The position numbers and the translations under genes were made by a program. The notes beneath the pieces were generated by a model. It ran no database searches. It was not told the DNA's origin and saw nothing but the letters and a program-made list of their open reading frames with translations. Positions 54,116 through 61,749 of a stretch of 64,000 nt of DNA are shown one piece after another (positions within the stretch are counted from its first letter, which is position 1; every line of letters begins with the position of its first letter). The stretch is from positions 273,554 through 337,553 of the forward strand of contig CAWGEC010000003.1 of assembly GCA_963821535.1 (NCBI GenBank), written 5' to 3'. Origin of the DNA: an uncultured Actinomycetes bacterium. Its GTDB lineage: Bacteria; Actinomycetota; Thermoleophilia; Gaiellales; JAICJC01.

Positions 54116-55357
54116 CTAGGGCGCGTCCTCCGGGTAGTAGCGCGTCCCGACCAGATCGTCCGGCAGGTACTGCTGGGCCGCCGCCTCCTCGGGCCGGTCG
54201 TGCGGATAGACGTACCCGGCCCCGTGCCCGAGCCGCTTCGCGCCGGCGTACGACGTGTCGCGGAGCGCCGGCGGCGGGCGGAGGTTGCCGCGCTCGCGCA
54301 CATCGCGCATGGCGCTCGCGATGGCGACGTACGACGCATTCGACTTCGGCGCCCGGGCGAGATAGGCCGCCGCCTGGCTCAGGTTGATGCGGCATTCGGG
54401 CATGCCGACGAACTCGACCGCCCGGGCCGCGGCCACGGCCACCTCGAGCGCTCTCGGGTCGGCGTTGCCCACGTCCTCGGACGCGAAGACGACCATCCGG
54501 CGGGCGACGAACCGCGGGTCCTCGCCGCCCTCGAGCATGACGGCCAGGTAGTAGATCGAGGCGTCGGTGTCGGAGCCGCGCATGCTCTTGATGAACGCCG
54601 AGATGACGTCGTAGTGCTGGTCTCCGCCCTTGTCGTAGAGGAGCGGCCGCTTGCGGGCCGCGTCGCGGACGTGCTCGGGCGTGACCGGCCCATCGCCGGC
54701 GGCGCCCACCGCGCCCTCGAGGATGTTGAGGGCGTTCCGCGCGTCGCCTCCGGCCGAGTGGACGGCCGCCTCGCGGCTCTCATCGGAGAGCTCGACGCCG
54801 AGCGCCGCCTCGCCTCGGCGCACGATCGCGGCGACGTCCTCCTCGGTCAGCGGCTCGAGCTGGAAGAGCTGGCAGCGCGAGAGCAGCGCCGAGTTCACCT
54901 CGAAGTACGGGTTCTCGGTCGTGGCGCCAATCAGCGTCACGAGCCCCGACTCGACCGCCGGCAGGAGCGCGTCCTGCTGGCCCTTGTTGAACCGGTGGAT
55001 CTCGTCGAGGAAGAGGATCGTCCGGTGGCCGTTCGCGCCGAGCCGGTCGCGGGCCTCGGCGAGCACTCGGCGGACGTCCGCCACGCCGACCTGCACCGCC
55101 GACAGCTCCTCGAAGTGGGCCTTCGTCGTGTGGGCCACGATCCTGGCGAGCGTCGTCTTGCCGCTCCCCGGCGGGCCGAAGAAGATCATCGACGGCACGC
55201 GGTCGGAGGCGATCGCGCGCCTGAGCGCGCTCCCCTCGCCGACGACGCCCGACTGGCCCACGAACTCGTCGATCGTGCCGGGTCGCAGCCGCTGCGCGAG
55301 CGGCGCCACCGTCGCGAGCCGCGACTCGGCGGAGTGGGAGAAGAGATCGCCGGTCAT
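54116..55357 (-). CDS. rarA: Replication-associated recombination protein A (RarA/MgsA AAA+ ATPase)
   Basis: LAQRLRPGTIDEFVGQ...MIFFGPPGSGKTTLARIVA...ILFLDEIHRFNKGQQDALLP...LIGATTENPYFEV...YDVISAFIKSMRGSD. Start chosen at ATG 55357 because TAGATT (55370..55365) lies 7 nt upstream. The ORF track Met at 55381 is the alternative. Confidence 0.92.
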   Translation of the reverse strand: MTGDLFSHSAESRLATVAPLAQRLRPGTIDEFVGQSGVVGEGSALRRAIASDRVPSMIFFGPPGSGKTTLARIVAHTTKAHFEELSAVQVGVADVRRVLAEARDRLGANGHRTILFLDEIHRFNKGQQDALLPAVESGLVTLIGATTENPYFEVNSALLSRCQLFQLEPLTEEDVAAIVRRGEAALGVELSDESREAAVHSAGGDARNALNILEGAVGAAGDGPVTPEHVRDAARKRPLLYDKGGDQHYDVISAFIKSMRGSDTDASIYYLAVMLEGGEDPRFVARRMVVFASEDVGNADPRALEVAVAAARAVEFVGMPECRINLSQAAAYLARAPKSNASYVAIASAMRDVRERGNLRPPPALRDTSYAGAKRLGHGAGYVYPHDRPEEAAAQQYLPDDLVGTRYYPEDAP

Positions 55358-55385
55358 CCGGGGCAATCTACTCGGCCCCATCGTG

Positions 55386-55391
55386 TACCGT
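55386..55391 (+). promoter_or_regulatory. -10-like box TACCGT, 7 nt upstream of the M20 peptidase ATG (leaderless)
   Basis: TANNNT hexamer. No SD before ATG 55399. Confidence 0.4.
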
Positions 55392-55398
55392 CCGGCCG

Positions 55399-56700
55399 AT
55401 GATCGCGGCCGACGTGCGCACGGAGACGAGCCGCCTCCTGGCCGAGCTCGTCCGCATCGACACCTCGAACCCCCCGGGGAACGAGACCGTCGCGGCCGAG
55501 CATCTCGCGGCCTACCTCGCGGAGGCCGGCGTGCAGGCCGAGCTGGTCGGGCGCGACCCGGGCCGGGCGTCGCTCATCGCCCGCCTTCCCGGCACGGGCG
55601 ACGGGCCGTCGCTGATGCTCCTGGGCCATACCGACGTCGTCGGCGCCGACGCCGACGAGTGGACGGTGCCGCCGTTCTCGGGCCTCGAGCGCGACGGCTT
55701 CGTCTGGGGGCGGGGCGCGCTCGACATGAAGGGGCAGGTGGCAGCCGAGGTCGTCGCGTTCGCGACCCTCGCCCGCGAGGGATGGCGCGGTACCGGCGAC
55801 CTGATCCTCTGCGCCGTCGCCGACGAGGAGGTAGGAGACGACTGGGGCCTCTCCTGGCTCGTCGAGGAGCATCCCGACCTCGTCCGCGCGGACTACGTGG
55901 TGAACGAGGGCGGCGGGGAGCGGATCGAGCACCGCGGCCGCGTCGCCTACACACTCGGTGTGGGCGAGAAGCGCTCGGCCGCCTTCGCGATCACCGTTCG
56001 CGGAAAGACCGGGCATGCCTCGACGCCCGGCGCCGCCGACAACGCGCTCGTGAAGCTGGCGCCGGTGATCGACAGGATCCAGCGCATGCCCCGTCCGGTC
56101 GCCGAGCTGTCGGCGCTGGGCGCGTTCCTCGCGGCGATCGGGGAGTCGGGTGCCGACCCGGCCGAGGTCGTCGGGCGCTGCCGCACCGAGAACCCGCTTC
56201 TGGCCGCGGCGGTCGAGCCGATGCTGGGAGCCACGATCGCGCCGACCAAGGCCGAGGCGTCGGCGGCGATCAACATCATCCCCGGTCGCGCCACGCTCGT
56301 CTGCGACTGCAGGATCCTTCCCGGGATGTCCCCCTCCGACGTCGAGCAGGCGGTCCGGGTCGCGCTGGCGGGCATCGAGTTCGAGTTCGAATTCATCAAC
56401 AACGTCGGCGGCACGCTGTCGGCCGTCGACACGCCGCTCTACCGCGCGCTCGAGGCCTTCACCCCGGAGATCGAGCCCGGGTCGGCGCTGGCGCCCATCG
56501 TCAACCCGGGGTTCACCGACAGCCACTACATGCGGGCGGCGTTCGGATCCGTCGCCTATGGGTTCATGCCGATGCGGATGGATCCGCTGCTGGCCGGGGC
56601 GCTCGTGCACTCGGCCGACGAACGGGCGTCGATGGACGACCTCGAGCTCGGGGTCCGCTGCTTCCTCCACGTCGCCCGCACGATGGGGGGGACGGCGTGA
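55399..56700 (+). CDS. M20/M25/M40-family metallopeptidase (ArgE/DapE/CPG2-like)
   Basis: 433-aa intact ORF. LVRIDTSNPPGNE...LMLLGHTDVVGA...GRGALDMKGQVAA...VADEEVG...VNEGGG...GHASTPG...FTDSHY. Confidence 0.88.
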   Translation: MIAADVRTETSRLLAELVRIDTSNPPGNETVAAEHLAAYLAEAGVQAELVGRDPGRASLIARLPGTGDGPSLMLLGHTDVVGADADEWTVPPFSGLERDGFVWGRGALDMKGQVAAEVVAFATLAREGWRGTGDLILCAVADEEVGDDWGLSWLVEEHPDLVRADYVVNEGGGERIEHRGRVAYTLGVGEKRSAAFAITVRGKTGHASTPGAADNALVKLAPVIDRIQRMPRPVAELSALGAFLAAIGESGADPAEVVGRCRTENPLLAAAVEPMLGATIAPTKAEASAAINIIPGRATLVCDCRILPGMSPSDVEQAVRVALAGIEFEFEFINNVGGTLSAVDTPLYRALEAFTPEIEPGSALAPIVNPGFTDSHYMRAAFGSVAYGFMPMRMDPLLAGALVHSADERASMDDLELGVRCFLHVARTMGGTA

Positions 56701-57485
56701 GCCGCCAGGTCGTCAGGCTCGGCGGGATGGCCCTTCGCAACGGGATCCTCGTCCACAGCCTGTCCTACTGGGCCGCGGCCGTGCGCACCGACGACGGCGA
56801 GGTCAAGGTGGCGTCGGGCCGGAAGGCGGACATGCCCGACGCGGTCCTGCGGATGCCGCTCCTGCGGGGCGTCGCGCGGATGGCGGAGGCGGCCCTCCTG
56901 CTCCCGCTCGTCCGGCGGCGGCTGCCGGAGGCGCGGCTGCCGGTCGAGGGGCCGGGGATGGGCGCCGCGCTGGCCGGGTCGGCGCTCCTCGCCCAGGCCG
57001 TGCGGCGGAGCCGTCTCCATCCGATCGTCGGGGAGTCGCTCGCCGCCGCGGCGGCGCTCGCGCCGGCGCTCATGGCCCTTCGTGGCTCCGAGATCGCGGG
57101 CTACCACGGCGCCGAGCACAAGGCGATCGGGGCATACGAGAAGGGCACCGATGCGGTCGATGCCACGAAGGAGCACGAGCGCTGCGGGTCGCACATGGTC
57201 GGCCCGATCGTCATCCTCACCGCCGCCGGAAATGCGCTTGCGAGCCGGCTTCCGGAGTCGCGCCGCGGGCCGGCCAGGCTCGCCGTCGGCGTGGCGGCGC
57301 TCGGTGCCGCCACCGAGGCGTTCGGCTGGATGGGGCGCCACCGCGAGCACCCGGTCGCCCGGGCGCTGCGACGGCCCGGGTTCGAGCTCCAGCGGGTCGC
57401 GGCGACCCGCGAGCCGACCGCCGCCGAGCTCGAGGTCGCCGAGGCGGCGCTCGGCGAGGTGCTGCGGCTCGAGGGCGCAGTCTAG
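56697..57485 (+). CDS. DUF1385-family protein
   Basis: GTG 56697 (GTGA overlap). LGGMALRNGILVHS...IAGYHGAEHKAIGAYE...CGSHMVGPIV. The YHGAEHK motif is the DUF1385 hallmark as I recall it. Confidence 0.75.
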   Translation: MSRQVVRLGGMALRNGILVHSLSYWAAAVRTDDGEVKVASGRKADMPDAVLRMPLLRGVARMAEAALLLPLVRRRLPEARLPVEGPGMGAALAGSALLAQAVRRSRLHPIVGESLAAAAALAPALMALRGSEIAGYHGAEHKAIGAYEKGTDAVDATKEHERCGSHMVGPIVILTAAGNALASRLPESRRGPARLAVGVAALGAATEAFGWMGRHREHPVARALRRPGFELQRVAATREPTAAELEVAEAALGEVLRLEGAV

Positions 57486-57505
57486 GCACGTACCCCGGGG
57501 ACAGG

Positions 57506-57511
57506 TACCCT
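57506..57511 (+). promoter_or_regulatory. -10-like box TACCCT, 6 nt upstream of the ftsH GTG (leaderless)
   Basis: TANNNT hexamer, preceded by the quasi-palindrome GTACCCCGGGGAC (57490-57502). Confidence 0.4.
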
Positions 57512-57517
57512 GGTCGG

Positions 57518-59095
57518 GTGGACGTCCTCTTCACGATGCCGTCGGCGCATGCGCTCCTGGACACCGTCCGGGATCTCCTGACCGCGCTCGCCCAGCTCGT
57601 GATCGCCTGGATCATCCCGATCCTGTTCGCCCTGCTCGTCTACATCAGCTGGCGGATGCTCAAGATGATGCCCAACACGAAGCCGCTCGAGATCACGCCG
57701 CGGTCCGACTCGGCGGTGCGCTGGGAGGACGTTGCGGGCGTCGATGAGGTCAGGGCCGAGCTCCAGGAGGTCGTGGAGTTCCTGCGGTATCCCGACCGGT
57801 TCGAGAAGCTCGGGGCGCGCGTGCCGCGCGGCGTGCTCCTCTACGGGCCGCCCGGGACGGGGAAGACGCTCCTGGCCAAGGCGATCGCCCACGAGTCGGG
57901 CGCGACGTTCTACTTCCAGAGCGCCTCGGCATTCGTCGAGATGTTCGTCGGCGTCGGCGCGGCCCGCATCCGGCGCCTGTTCTCGACGGCGCGGAAGAAC
58001 CAGCCGGCGATCATCTTCATCGACGAGCTCGACGCGGTCGGAAGCCAGCGGTCGGGCGGGCCGTCGTCCCAGGAGCACAACCAGACCCTGAACCAGCTTC
58101 TCGTCGAGCTGGACGGGTTCGACGAGAGCCAGCGGCTCGTGGTGATCGGCGCGTCGAACCGCCTGCAGGATCTCGATCCGGCGCTGCTTCGCCCCGGCCG
58201 CTTCGACCGGCACGTGGGCGTCGCGCTCCCGGACCTGCGCGGCCGCGAGCAGATCCTGGCCGTGCACACGCGCGGGAAGCCCCTCGACTCGGGCGTGGAC
58301 CTGCACGAGGTCGCGCGCCGCACGTCGGGGCTGACCGGCGCCGACCTGGCGAACCTCGCCAACGAGGCCGCGATCTTCGCCGGCCGTTCGGCGCACGAGG
58401 AGATCACGAGCACCGACTTCGACGACGCGCTCGACCGGGTGGTCGCGGGCCTCCTCCAGCGCAAGCTCATCACCGACAAGGAGAAGCGCGTGATCGCCTA
58501 CCACGAGGCCGGCCACGCGCTCGTGGCCCGGCTGATGGGCGACGCGATGCAGCTGCACAAGGTCACGATCGTGCCCCGCGGCCTGGCGCTCGGCTACACG
58601 CTCAACCTGCCGGAGGAGGATCGCTACCTCCAGTCGACCGAGGAGCTTCGCGACTGGCTGAAGGTGATCCTGGCGGGCCGGGCGGCCGAGCAGGTCGTGT
58701 TCGGCCGGATCACCAACGGCGCCGCCAACGACCTCGACCGCGCGACCCAGATCGCACGGTCGATGGTCTTCGAGTGGGGCATGGGGCCGAGCGTCCCGCA
58801 CCTGCAGGTGCGTGCCGACGACTACGCGCTCTCGGAGGAGACGAAGCGCCTGCGCGACGCCGAGCAGCGCGCGATCACCGATGCGGCCTACCGCGACGCG
58901 CTCGGCCTCGTCGAGCGGTATCGCCCGTACCTGGACAAGCTGGCGCAGGGCCTCCTCACCCACGAGACGCTCGAGCGGCCCGAGATCGACCGGTTGCTCG
59001 AGGGGCTCGTGCCCGAGTCGAACTCGTCGCTCGACGTCGGCGTCGAGCTGGCGGCTCCCGAGGCCAACGGCCACGGCCGCCTGGCTGCTCGGTAG
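57518..59095 (+). CDS. ftsH: FtsH-family ATP-dependent zinc metalloprotease with a short single-TM N-terminus
   Basis: Tail of ORF 56150..59095. One TM segment (LAQLVIAWIIPILFALLVYISW). VLLYGPPGTGKTLLAKAIA, IIFIDELDA, ASNRLQDLDPALLRPGRFD, HEAGHAL (zinc site). GTG 57518 or ATG 57536. About 525 aa. Confidence 0.9.
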   Translation: MDVLFTMPSAHALLDTVRDLLTALAQLVIAWIIPILFALLVYISWRMLKMMPNTKPLEITPRSDSAVRWEDVAGVDEVRAELQEVVEFLRYPDRFEKLGARVPRGVLLYGPPGTGKTLLAKAIAHESGATFYFQSASAFVEMFVGVGAARIRRLFSTARKNQPAIIFIDELDAVGSQRSGGPSSQEHNQTLNQLLVELDGFDESQRLVVIGASNRLQDLDPALLRPGRFDRHVGVALPDLRGREQILAVHTRGKPLDSGVDLHEVARRTSGLTGADLANLANEAAIFAGRSAHEEITSTDFDDALDRVVAGLLQRKLITDKEKRVIAYHEAGHALVARLMGDAMQLHKVTIVPRGLALGYTLNLPEEDRYLQSTEELRDWLKVILAGRAAEQVVFGRITNGAANDLDRATQIARSMVFEWGMGPSVPHLQVRADDYALSEETKRLRDAEQRAITDAAYRDALGLVERYRPYLDKLAQGLLTHETLERPEIDRLLEGLVPESNSSLDVGVELAAPEANGHGRLAAR

Positions 59096-59524
59096 CTACT
59101 CGGCCGGAGGCGGAGGTGGCGGCGGAGGTGGTGGCGGCGGGGATGCGTCCGCGGCCGGCGGCGGTGGCGGCGGCGACGCTTCGGCGGCCGGCTCGGCGAC
59201 CTCCTCGGCGGAGCCCTCGACGGTCTCGGAGCCGTCATCGCCCTTCACGTCTGCCATCTCCTGCTCCTTGGCCGCGATCTGCGACTGGAGGTCGGCGATC
59301 CGCGCCGCCCCCGAAGCGAGCTCGCCCGACCGCTCGGCGAGCGCGCCGTCGCGGTGAAGGCCGTAGGCCTGCCGGCCGAAGTCGCCGAACGCCTCCTTCT
59401 CCTCGCCCTTCAGGCTGCGAAGCTGCATCTGCATCTGGCCGACCTTGGCCGTCTCCTGCGTCTTCTCGGCCACCGTCGACGCGACGTCCGTGGCCTGCTG
59501 CTTGATCTTGTCGAGAAACCCCAT
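59096..59524 (-). CDS. Hypothetical coiled-coil protein with a polyproline C-terminus
   Basis: ATG 59524. MGFLDKIKQQATDVASTVAEKTQETAKVGQMQMQLRSLKGEEKEAF...ends ASPPPPPPAADASPPPPPPPPPPPPAE. Its stop abuts the ftsH stop (TAGCTA). Confidence 0.65.
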   Translation of the reverse strand: MGFLDKIKQQATDVASTVAEKTQETAKVGQMQMQLRSLKGEEKEAFGDFGRQAYGLHRDGALAERSGELASGAARIADLQSQIAAKEQEMADVKGDDGSETVEGSAEEVAEPAAEASPPPPPPAADASPPPPPPPPPPPPAE

Positions 59525-59551
59525 CGGTGCCCCCTGCGGGTAGCCGTCTCC

Positions 59552-59557
59552 TAGGAT
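59552..59557 (+). promoter_or_regulatory. -10-like box TAGGAT, 9 nt upstream of the epimerase ATG
   Basis: TANNNT hexamer within CCTAGGAT in the 42-bp divergent gap. Confidence 0.4.
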
Positions 59558-59566
59558 GGGGGCGCA

Positions 59567-59986
59567 ATGCGCCCCCGCGGCATCCATCATATCGGGCACG
59601 CCGTCGACGACATGGCGGCCTCGGTGGACCTGTACGAGCGGCTCTTCGGCGCGGTGATCGAGCATCACGAGACCGTGCCCGAGCAGGGCGTCGAGGCGGT
59701 CTCGCTTCGTGTCGGGAGCGACTGCATCGAGCTCCTGCGGCCTCTCGGGGACGACACGCCCGTGGGCCGGTTCATGGCGAGTCGAGGCCCGGGGATGCAT
59801 CATGTTGCCTATGCAGTAGACGACATCCGGACGGCGCTCAGCGAGGCCGTCGCCGCCGGTGCCGAGCTGATCGACGAGGAGCCCCACGCCGGCCTCTTCG
59901 GGCTCCAGGTCGCGTTCATCCACCCCTCCAGCGTGGCCGGCGTGCTGGTCGAATACGTGCAAGTCGAAGGAGCGGTCGATGGCTGA
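59567..59986 (+). CDS. mce: Methylmalonyl-CoA epimerase (VOC/glyoxalase-fold)
   Basis: 139-aa ORF. IHHIGHAVDDMAASVDLYERLFG...VEAVSLRVGSDCIELL...FMASRGPGMHHVAYAVDDI...IHPSSVAGVLVEYVQ. Confidence 0.82.
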   Translation: MRPRGIHHIGHAVDDMAASVDLYERLFGAVIEHHETVPEQGVEAVSLRVGSDCIELLRPLGDDTPVGRFMASRGPGMHHVAYAVDDIRTALSEAVAAGAELIDEEPHAGLFGLQVAFIHPSSVAGVLVEYVQVEGAVDG

Positions 59987-60197
59987 TGACATGTCCCGGG
60001 TCGAGCTCGGGTTCGACAGCGGGCTGATCGTGATCACGAAGCTGGAATCGGGTGAGTGGGCGAAGCTCGAGGCGGCGCTCGACGCCGGCAAGGGCGTCGT
60101 CAAGATCTCCGGGCCCGACGACACCACCTACCACATCGACGTCTCGAAGGTGGGCTATGTGAAGCGCGAGGCGCACGTCGGCCGCGTCGGCTTCTAG
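59979..60197 (+). CDS. Small conserved protein, DUF3107-like
   Basis: 72-aa ORF MADDMSRVELGFDSGLIVITKLESGEWAKLEAAL...VSKVGYVKREAHVGRVGF. The size and the ...RVGF C-terminus resemble the actinobacterial DUF3107 family, from memory. Confidence 0.6.
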   Translation: MADDMSRVELGFDSGLIVITKLESGEWAKLEAALDAGKGVVKISGPDDTTYHIDVSKVGYVKREAHVGRVGF

Positions 60198-60201
60198 GGA
60201 G

Positions 60202-60621
60202 ATGGGTGGTTCGGCGCTCGACCGCGCGGTGGTCGCCTACACGACCACCGGCAACTACGGGATCGGGTGGGTTGTCGTCGGCGCGCTCTCGAGGGCACCC
60301 GTCCGGGTCGCGGCGACCGTGTGGGGGACGCTCGGCGTGAACTACGCGGTGAAGCTTGCCGTCGGCCGCGAGCGCCCCGCGTCCGCGGAGGCGTTGATCC
60401 CGCTTCCGGCGTCGAGCTCGTTCCCCTCGAGCCACGCGGCGATGTCGGTCGCGGCCGCGTTCGCCCTCACCCGGGCCCGGCCGGAGCTGGCGCCGCTCTG
60501 GTGGACGGCGGCCGCCGCGATGGCCGCGAGCCGGGTGTACGTCGGCGCGCACCGGCGGGGCGACGTCGTCGCGGGCGCGGCGCTGGGGGCCGTCACGGGC
60601 GCGGCCGCAGGGGCCGTGTGA
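60202..60621 (+). CDS. PAP2-superfamily phosphatase (small, membrane)
   Basis: 139-aa ORF. KLAVGRERP (KxxxxxxRP), SFPSSHAAMS (PSGH-like), SRVYVGAHRRGDV (SRxxxxxHxxxD). Confidence 0.8.
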   Translation: MGGSALDRAVVAYTTTGNYGIGWVVVGALSRAPVRVAATVWGTLGVNYAVKLAVGRERPASAEALIPLPASSSFPSSHAAMSVAAAFALTRARPELAPLWWTAAAAMAASRVYVGAHRRGDVVAGAALGAVTGAAAGAV

Positions 60622-61694
60622 TGTCGAGCCTCGAGGCGGGCCTCGTCGGCCTCCCCAACAGCGGCAAGTCGACCGTCTTCAACGCGCTCACCGGGGCGGG
60701 CGCCGCGGTGGCGCCGCACATGTTCTCGACGGTCGAGACGAACCACGCCGAGGCCGACGTTCGCGACCCGCGCCTGGGCGAGCTCACCCGGCTCTCGGCC
60801 TCGGCCAAGACCGTGCCCGCGACGCTGCGGGTCGTCGACATCGCCGGCCTCGTGCGCGGCGCCTCGCACGGCGAGGGGCTCGGGAACCAGTTCCTCGGCC
60901 AGATCCGCTCGACCGATGCGGTGCTCCACGTCGTGCGCTGCTTCCGCGACGAGACGGTCGCCCATCCCGGCGGGAGCGTCGATCCGCTGGGCGACGTCGA
61001 GACCGTGGAGCTCGAGCTGGCGTTCGCCGACCTCGCCGCGATCGAGCGCCGCCATGAGCGCGTCGCCAAGGCGGCGAAGGGCGGCGACCGCGACGCCGTC
61101 GCCGAGGGCGAGGCCCTCGAGGCGATCCGCGCGGCGCTCGAGGCGGGACGGCCGGCGCGGTCGGCCGGTGTCGAGGTGCCGGCGACGGTCGACCTGCTGA
61201 CGGCCAAGCCGACGCTGTACCTGGCGAACGTCGACGACTCCGGGAACGCCGCCGACGCGGCCGCCCTCGAGGCGTTTGCCGCCGAGCGCGGCGCCCCGTG
61301 CATCTCGGTGAACGCCAAGATCGAGGCGGAGCTGCGTGAGCTGCCCGAGGCCGACGCCCGCGCGTTCCTGGACGACCTCGGGATCGAGTCGCCGGCGCTC
61401 GACCGGCTCACGCTCGCGACCTACGCGCTGCTCGACCTGATCCCGTTCTTCACGACCGGCCCCAAGGAGACCCGCGCCTGGACGATCCGGCGCGGCCAGA
61501 ACGCGCAGGCCGCCGCCGGCCGCATCCACACCGACCTCGCCCGCGGGTTCATCCGCGCGGAGGTCATCGAGTGGGACAGGCTCGTCGAGGCCGGATCGGA
61601 GGTCGAGGCCAAGCGCCGCGGGTGGGTGCGCGTCGAGGGCCGCGACTACGTCGTCAAGGACGGCGACGTCCTGAACGTCCGGTTCAACGTGTGA
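60621..61694 (+). CDS. ychF: Redox-regulated ATPase YchF (Obg-family GTPase-like)
   Basis: ATG 60621. MSSLEAGLVGLPNSGKSTVFNALT...VDIAGLVRGASHGEGLGNQFL...LHVVRCF...KPTLYLANV...TTGPKETRAWTIRRG...IHTDLARGFIRAEV...KDGDVLNVRFNV. Confidence 0.93.
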   Translation: MSSLEAGLVGLPNSGKSTVFNALTGAGAAVAPHMFSTVETNHAEADVRDPRLGELTRLSASAKTVPATLRVVDIAGLVRGASHGEGLGNQFLGQIRSTDAVLHVVRCFRDETVAHPGGSVDPLGDVETVELELAFADLAAIERRHERVAKAAKGGDRDAVAEGEALEAIRAALEAGRPARSAGVEVPATVDLLTAKPTLYLANVDDSGNAADAAALEAFAAERGAPCISVNAKIEAELRELPEADARAFLDDLGIESPALDRLTLATYALLDLIPFFTTGPKETRAWTIRRGQNAQAAAGRIHTDLARGFIRAEVIEWDRLVEAGSEVEAKRRGWVRVEGRDYVVKDGDVLNVRFNV

Positions 61695-61701
61695 GGTGCC
61701 C

Positions 61702-61723
61702 GCTCGGCGTATGATCGCCGAGC
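61702..61723 (+). terminator. Hairpin after ychF; its loop TATGAT doubles as a possible -10 for the next gene
   Basis: GCTCGGCG (61702-61709) / CGCCGAGC (61716-61723), perfect 8-bp arms. No U-tract. Confidence 0.35.
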
Positions 61724-61749
61724 CCGTTCGTGCGTCCGAGGGGGATCGG

